NCBI RefSeq assembly: GCF_018977255.1
Contig: NW_024704742.1
Coordinates: 139,068,001 to 139,132,000 of the forward strand
Source: Callorhinchus milii
Lineage: Eukaryota
Direction of reading: 5' to 3'
Length of the DNA stretch: 64,000 bases
Each line of letters opens with the position of its first letter. The first letter of the stretch is position 1. Below, one piece after another: positions 59,711 through 64,000 of this stretch. The notes beneath the pieces were generated by a model. That model saw nothing but the letters and a program-made list of their open reading frames with translations. It did no database searches and was not told the DNA's origin. A program made the translations under genes and the position numbers.

Positions 59711-62695
59711 TAACATAACATGTAGGAACAGGCGTAGGGCCATTCGGCCCTTTGAGCCTCTGCCCCGCCATTCAATCATGGCTGATCTTCTAATCTAACT
59801 CCGGCTAACAACCTGACCCTGCCTTATCCCCATATCGCCCCCCCACCCCGGCCTCCCCCTTCCCCCCAGCCTCCCCCACCCCAGCCTCCCCCTCCCCCCC
59901 AGCCTCCCCCACCCCGGCCTCCCCCTCCCCCCCCAGCCTCCCCCCACCCCAGCCTCCCCCTCCCCCTCAGCCTCCCCCCAGCCGCCCCTACCCAGCCTCC
60001 CCCTCCCCCAGCCTCCCCCCACCACCTCCCCTACCTTATCCCCATATCCCTTAATCCCTTTTGCAATAAGAAACATATCTATCTCAGTCTTGAATATGTT
60101 CAAGGACTGAGCGTCAACAGCCCTTTGTGGTAGTGAGTTCCATACATTCAATGAACTTTGAGAGAAGAAGTTCTTCCTCAACTCAGTGCAAAAGGGCTGT
60201 GTCTGATTTAAAGGTTGTGACCCCTGGTTTTAGTTTCTCCAACCGGGGGACACGATCTCCCACTAGCTCCTCCATCATGCCCTTTGATGATTCATAGATT
60301 CATAGATTCATAGAATGTTACAGCACAGAAGGAGGCCATTCGGCCCATCGAGTCTGTGCCGGCTCTTTGACAAAGCAAGTCACTTTCACTAACCCCAATC
60401 ACCAGCTTTCTCCCCATAACCCTGCAAACCCGTCTTCCCCAGATACATTATAGGTTTCTATAAGATCCCCTCTAATTCGTCTATATTCTAGAGAATATAG
60501 GCCTAAATTGTTCAGCCTATCCTCGTAACTCATCCCCTTCATCCCTGGTACTATCCTAGTAAATCTACGCTGCACCCCCTCCAAGGCAAGTACATCCTTC
60601 CTTAAATAAGGAGACCAAAACTGCACACAGTATTCCAGGTGTGGTCTCACCAGGGCCCTATACAGTTGCAGTAAGACTTCCCTACTCTTATACTCTAATC
60701 CTTTCATAATGAATGCTAACATACCGTTCGCCTTCCTAATTGCTGCTGCACCGGCAAACTAACTTTCTGTGATTGTTGTACAAGGAACCCAAGTCCCTCT
60801 GGACACTAACACCTTCCAATCTCTCCCCTTCTAAAAAGTAACCCGCTCTACTGTTTTTGCTACTGAGGTGGATGACTTCGCACTTCCCTACATTATACTT
60901 CATGTCCCACCTACCTGCCCAATCACCAAACCTATCTATGTCTCACTGCATTGTTTTAATGTCATCCTCCGTGTTGGCACTTCCTCCTAGTTTTGTGCCA
61001 TCCGCGAATTTAGATATATTAACTTCAATGTCCTCATCTAGATCGTTGATGTAGATGGTAAATAGCTGAGGCCCAAGGACTGATCCTTGTGGCACTCCAC
61101 TAGTCACATCCCGCCAATCTGAAAAGGACCCGTTTATCCCTACTCTTTGTTTCCTACCCGTTAACCATTCCCCAATCCACGTTAATATGCTCCCCCCAAT
61201 TCCATGGGCCCTTATCTTTTGGACTAACCTTTTATGCGGCACCTTATCGAATGCCTTCTGGAAGTCCAAATAGACCACATCCACTGATTCACCCTTATCT
61301 AGTTTACTGGAAATATCCTCAAAAAACTCTATGAGATTTGTCAAACATGACTTCCCTTTTGTAAAGCCATGTTGACTTGGCCTAATTATATTGTGCTCCC
61401 TAAATACTGCACTACCACATCCTTAATCAACGATTCTAAAATTTTCCTATCACTGATGTGAGACTAACTGGCCTATAGTTCCCCATCTTTTCCTTTCCAC
61501 CTTTTTTAAATAGTGGTGTGACATTTGCGATTTTCCAATCCATGGGGACTGTTCCAGAATCCAAGGAATTTTGGAAGATCAGACACAAGGCCTCCACTAT
61601 CTCATAAGCTCCTCTTTTAAAACCCTGGGATGTAAGCCATCCAGACCAGGGGATTTGTCACTTTTTAGTGCTAACAGTTTCCAGAGCACCAATTCTCTAC
61701 TAATGAAAATTTCCCTAAGTTGCTCCCTGTCCTTATCCCTTTGGTGCATCTCTATAGTTGACAGACTGGTTGTGTCTTCTCGGGTGAAGACAGATGCAAA
61801 GTACCCATTTAGGGACTCTGCCGTGTCCTTGTCCCCCATTACAACTTCTCCCGTCTCTGACTGAAATGGACCTGCATTTACCCTCACAGCCTATTCCTCT
61901 TAATATATTTGTAAAAACTTTTACAATCAGACTTAATGTTCCCAGTGAGCTTACCCTCATACTCCTTTTTCTCGATCTTAATGAGTTTTTTATTTTTTTG
62001 CTGGTCTCTAAAACTTTCCCTATCTTCAGATTTGCCGCTTTTCTGGGCAGTTTTGGCCTTTTCTTTTAATTTGATGCTTTCCCTAACTGCTCTAGTTAGC
62101 CACGGATGAATTGCTTTCCCTGTGGTGCTCTTATTCCGTAAGGGAATATGTGACCGCTGAGAATTTTGCACTCCATCCTTAAATATTTGCTACTGTTGGT
62201 CTACATTTTTACCTCTTAATCTTATTCTCCAGTCTGTTTTACCTAAATCTTTCCTCATACCTACAGAATTAGCCCTATTTAAATCCAGAATACTTGCCTC
62301 GGATTTAACTATATCCCTCTCTAACTTAATGCAGAATTCAATCATATTGTGATCACTCTGCCCTCGAGGATTCTTAATACCTACACTGCCAACTCGCCGT
62401 TTCGTTACACAGAACAAGGTCTAGGATGGCCTGTCCCCTGGTCGGTTCCTCGGCAGCTGCTCTAGATAGTTATCTCTCATACACTCAATGAACTCTTCTT
62501 CTGACATACTTTTGCCGATTTGGTTTCCCCAATCTGTATGGAGATTGAAATCACCCACTATTATCCTTTACCTTTCCTACACACTCCACTGATTTCCTGA
62601 TTGATACCCTGTGCTATATTGTGATCGCCATGTTTGGGGGTCTATAAACCACTCCCATTAATATTTTCTGCCCTCTATTTTTATTTCCACCTATA
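59710..62695 (-). mobile_element. Long degenerate CR1 ORF2 (endonuclease to 3'UTR) with a nested CR1 tail (60291-60440) and a C-rich expansion (59840-60030)
   Basis: [39 protein letters not shown]...[24 protein letters not shown]. Confidence 0.92.
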
Positions 62696-62704
62696 TGTAT
62701 ACCC

Positions 62705-63695
62705 ATAAGGCTGTAAAAAGGGCATATGGGATGCTGGGCTTTATAATAATAATAATAATCCTTGCATTTGATATAGCACTTTTCACGTCGGGAGGACGTC
62801 CCAAAGCGCTTCACAGAACACACTGTAAAGTGAATTGACTGCATAATTGTGGGCGAACGCGGCAGCCAATTGCGCACAGCAATGTCACACAAACAGTCGT
62901 AGATTGAAAATGACCGATTTAATTATTGGTTTGGGTTTTTGGAGGGATTATTATTAGGCTCTGTGTGGAGTAAGGAAACTTGCCCGAGGTTTCGCCCTCT
63001 GCCTGGAATTGAACGCAGGTCTCTCACTTGCAAAGCGAGTGCTCTAACCACTGAGCTACAGGACTCCACTTTATAAATAGGGGCATAGCGTACAAGAGTC
63101 AGGAGGTGATGATCAACCCATATAAACACTGGTTAGGCCTCAGTTAGAATACTGCCCCAGTTCTGGGCCCCACACTATAGGAAGGACGTTAAGGCATTGG
63201 AAAGGGTACAGAGGAGATTTACGAGGATGGGACCAGGAATGAGGGACCGTGATGATGAGGAAAGGCCGGAGAGGCCGGGATTATTCTCATTGGAACAGAG
63301 AAAGTTACGAGGAGACCTAATAGAGATCTTCAACATCATGAGGGGATTTGATGGGTTAGAGAGGGAAAAATTGTTCCCACTGGTGGGTGTGTCTGTGACT
63401 CGAGGTCACAGATTGAGAATAGTCTCTAAAAGAAGCCGAGGAGAGGTGAGAACAAATTTTTTCATGCAGCGCCTTGTTCGAATCTGGAACATTGCCTGAA
63501 AGGGCGGTGGAGGCCGATTCCATAACTACTTTTAAAAACGCAGTGGACGGGTATTTGAGGAGACGGGTTTGCGGGTTATGGGGAAAGGGCCGGGGAGTGG
63601 GACTGACATCACATTGCTCTATTCAAAGAGCTGCACAGACTCGATGGGCCGAATGGCCTCTTTTTGTTCTGTACAATTCTATGATTTTATGATTA
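62705..63695 (+). mobile_element. CR1 3' part (split by a SINE)
   Basis: ERVQRRFTRMGPGMRD; tail attctatgattttatga. Confidence 0.88.
62742..63068 (-). mobile_element. tRNA/Deu SINE, young subfamily, inserted in CR1 with a ctttataa duplication
   Basis: ctttataa at 62739-62746 and 63069-63076. Confidence 0.92.
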
Positions 63696-64000
63696 TTATT
63701 ACATGTGCTCAATGACAATAACAACTTGCATTTATAGAGCGCCCCTCATGCAGGGTGACATCAGAGAATGCTCGATAAGAAGTCAAAATTACAGGGATTA
63801 AAATTGGGTCTATGTGCACTGGTGCACATGTTGTAATAATAATGTTGTAATAAATGTTACAATAATAATCCTTGAATCGACCCTGTGTCATCTCGCTTGT
63901 GAAACGAGTGCTCTCACCATTAAGCTACAGGGATCCACAATTATAACCAGGCTGTTCCCCTGGATTAGTGAGAGAGCAACATACAGCCATTAATGTACAA

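Overview
Vertebrate genomic DNA, most likely from a cartilaginous fish (inferred from shark/chimaera-type CR1 and L2 LINEs and Deu-domain SINEs). The window is dominated by transposable-element fragments and minisatellites. Two host genes are partly visible, both on the + strand. First, the first three coding exons of a glutamate transporter most like SLC1A3/EAAT1/GLAST (18249-18429, 20334-20471, 43963-44168); the third exon carries two frameshifting indels. Second, beyond a 30-N assembly gap (44385-44414), the last three coding exons and polyA signal of WDR70 (45722-45838, 47065-47227, 47554-47641). The remainder is degenerate CR1 and L2 LINEs, roughly 30 copies or fragments of a tRNA-Ala-headed Deu-domain SINE whose tail is shared with L2, an older SacSINE1-like SINE, a Gypsy pol relic, an unclassified ~0.7-0.8 kb dispersed repeat and many tandem repeats. 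Most ORFs in the supplied track are repeat artefacts. The most notable patterns are near-identical inverted and direct local duplicates of defective LINE segments, repeated minisatellite birth at the same site in L2, a minisatellite built from a SINE 5' end, a ~90 bp target-site-like duplication, and a short interstitial telomeric tract. I found no clear new protein-coding system. Repeat boundaries were read by eye and are approximate.
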